DNA of 64,000 nucleotides from Narcine bancroftii (Eukaryota). The stretch covers positions 101,618,001-101,682,000 of the forward strand of contig NC_091471.1 of assembly GCF_036971445.1 (NCBI RefSeq), given 5' to 3'. Below are positions 61,290 through 64,000 of this stretch, one piece after another (the stretch's first letter is position 1; each line of letters opens with the position of its first letter). The position numbers and the translations under genes were made by a program. The notes beneath the pieces were generated by a model, which saw nothing but the letters and a program-made list of their open reading frames with translations, was not told where the DNA came from and searched no databases.

Positions 61290-61938
61290 AATTGTATAAT
61301 CAAATATAAGAGATAGATGATAAATCTTCACAGTTACCATAGCACAAGAAAAAAAAGTGGTGTTACCATAGCACAAACAAGCCTTTGTGTGGAATAGTTT
61401 ATAATTAGTGCAACAAGGGGAGGTTGAAAACCATGATAGCCATTGGAAAGAAACTGCTCTTGAACCAAAAGGTGCTGGTCTTCAGACTTTGGTTCCATCT
61501 TTAATGAGAATAGGTTGTGATCAAGGTGATGCGGGTCCTTGACTGCCTTCTTAATGCAACACCTCAAATAGACATTTTCAATGGATGGTAGGTCAGATCC
61601 TGTGTTGGACCTGGCTATTGTAGCTACCTTCTGCATTCCTCGACATTAGAGTTAGCAAACCAAGCCATGATGCAACCAATCAGCATACTTTCCACAGTAT
61701 AGGTTTAGAGGTTTGATAGAATATTTGAAGACATGTCAAATCTCCTCAGACTTTTCAGAAAGTCTCCGCATTGGTGTGCCTTCTTCATAAGTGCCTTAAG
61801 GTGCTGGCTCCAGAAGAAGTCTTGTGATATACAGACTCCAAGAAACCTGAAGGCATTAAACCACTCCATCTCCATTCCATCAAAGTGGACAGGTGCATGG
61901 TCCCTCAATCTCCTTTTCCTAAAATGAACAACTAGCTC
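61290..61938 (-). mobile_element. Rex1/Babar-like LINE 3' part, cut by the following LTR
   Basis: ELVVHFRK..FRFLGVCISQDFFWSQH..KKAHQ; LPSIENVYLRCCIKKA..DPHH. Confidence 0.75.
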
Positions 61939-64000
61939 TGATGCACCATCAGTTACCACAAAGACTGAGGTTGTGAAACCAATAGGCTTTTATTGACTGG
62001 AGCAGCAGCCAGCCTCATCGACTGATCATGGTGGAACAAATACGGAGCATGCAAGGGGCTGTGTGTAGGATTGATCTCAGAAGGCGCATCCAGCTGGCAA
62101 TAGCCAATCACAGCATTACTGAGGTTTACCACATTTACCCCTCCTTTTTTAGAAGAGTCCTGCGGGGTGAAAAAGATGAAGCAAATATATACACATATAC
62201 ACATATTTACAGGTTAAGTCTGCCACTGCGAATGACATGGTAAAGGCTGAGGCGCAGATGTTGTCACCATGAGCAGCCTGTGGCATCGGTCTGTCGTCAC
62301 TGGACACAGTTCGCTGGGGGGAAGGGACAGGTGAAGGGATGAGGGAGAGTGGTGCTGGTGCATCATGGGTAACAACAGTTGCCGTGAGTGGAGTGTGGTC
62401 AGCAGCAGGTTTCGGGACCTCCCCAAGGAAGCAGTGGGGGAGAGTGTCTGTTGGTGGTCAAGAGCAGTTGGAGAGGCTCCAGAAGGTGCCAAATCCTGGA
62501 TCGAGACCTTGTCCTCGGACCCATCAGGGAAGGCCACATAGGCATACTGGGGGTTTGACTGAAGGAACTGGACTTCTTAACTAACCATGTCAGATATGCG
62601 GGGAAGGGGGCACGCATCGAGCTGCGTGTACTGGTTGATGGTCTGGCTATGATCTATGACCATTCCGTTCTTTTCCCCATTTTTCATACAACCACTTGGG
62701 TCCTCCAGGGGCTATTGCTGGCCTCGATTATGCCTTCACCCAACAACCGCTAAACCACTGACTTGATAAACACTTTATCTGCGGAACAGTTTCAGGGTGA
62801 CGTTCGCGAACAGTGGTGGATGGGTGACCCTGAGGGTCGAGAGCCCACAGGACATGCATGGAGGACTGTCCAGGAACTATTCATTGCAGACTGTGAGGGA
62901 GGGGGGCATCAAATTCCAATGTAATGCTCTTAAGTTGGCACTGGAAGTCCAGCTCCAGCAGCAAGGGGGCACAGAGCTACGGCATGATGAGGAGCCTCAA
63001 CTGTTTGAAGACTGTTCCTTTAACGGTCAAAGTCACTACACAGGACCTGTGGACGTCTGCCATTTGGGATTTGGACGTGAGTGAGATCTAATGGCTGACT
63101 GGCCATACTTCAAGACATAGATGCTTAGTGGCATCGGTGTGAATGAAGCTTTCCGTACTCCCACTATCAACTAAATAGTTTGTTATGCACCCATTTACCT
63201 GGACGTTCATCATGGATCTGGTGAATTCATGCGGTCTGCCTTGGTCCAGGGGTGATGGAGGCCAGAGTAGACTTGCTGTCTGAATCTGAGGAGGGTCCAA
63301 GTTGCTCGGATGCTTGTCCTAAGATTGTTGCCTTCGCTGTTTCCCCGCGGTGCTGAAGGCCTGAGAAGATGGTGCCAACTGCACAGTCCACGGCTCACAC
63401 ATGGCATCACTGGTCCTCAGAGAAGATGGCACTGGTCGTACTGTCTTGGGTGGTGATTTCCCACATGTGGCACTCTTAGGTTTCGTGAGCGATTTAAGCT
63501 GGCAGACTTTTGTGTAATATATTCTTTTCCTATACCTAGAGCATACCACCTCCTTGGCAAGGCAGTGTTTCCTTGGGAGCTTGCCCTGCCCACAGAAATA
63601 GTATTTGGGGTGATTATCCACCACAGCAGCTGTGGTCAGGCCACAAGAGGAGTGTGATGATGCCTGCGACCAGTCGCTCATGGCACAGGATGATTCCCCC
63701 AACTCAAGATGGCAGCGCCCAGGTTGCTGCCTCTGGGTGACCAGGAGGTGCCTTGTATAGACCTCGTTTACCCTTCTGCGGTACTGGCCCTTCAGAGTAC
63801 TCATGGCCTCCATATACAATTTTGAATCATGGATCATTGGGAAGACCAGAAGTACGATGCGCGAGAAGAGGAGTTTCAGTCTGTCCTCATCTGTGTTAAC
63901 AGCTTTCGCGGTTGCTGTCAGGAAGTCCTCAAAGCAGCATAGCCAGAGTTCAAACATGTTCAGACCATCACACAATTGAGGGTCTATGTTGAGTTTATCA
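61939..64000 (-). mobile_element. Internally deleted Gypsy of the same family as 5696-12904; 5' part beyond the window
   Basis: 3' LTR ~61939-62133 with PPT GGAGGGGTAAA; integrase tail joined to RT N-terminus near 62580; protease LVDSGSTESFIH; gag CYFCGQGK knuckle. Confidence 0.87.

Overview
This is eukaryotic, repeat-dominated genomic DNA. The repeat cast suggests a cartilaginous fish (ray or shark): CR1 LINEs with (CCTATGTT)n-type tails, Rex1/Babar, RTE, L1, Penelope and tRNA-derived SINEs; the taxon is an inference. I could not recognise any host protein-coding exon, RNA gene or CRISPR array. Every interpretable ORF belongs to a transposable element or is its antisense shadow. Main elements: (1) four copies of one Gypsy family, including a complete provirus at 5696-12904 with a CCTCC TSD. 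Where visible its RT reads YLDN/xDN rather than YxDD, and its primer-binding position is complementary to its own LTR rather than to a tRNA. (2) Two CsRN1-like Gypsy elements, one with a ~635-bp internal inverted duplication. (3) A full-length L1 (~5.9 kb net, 40995-51658) interrupted next to its FADD motif by a young Mag-like Gypsy (42863-47609; 176-bp LTRs differing at 2 positions, ATATC TSD, tRNA-Ser PBS). (4) Solo LTRs, a Penelope remnant with Penelope-derived foldbacks carrying degenerate hammerhead cores, a composite double hAT MITE, young RTE 3' ends and an unexplained 102-bp inverted repeat. All seven well-supported LTR elements with internal sequence, and the L1, lie on the minus strand. 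Boundaries without a TSD are approximate, and family names come from motif recognition, not database searches.
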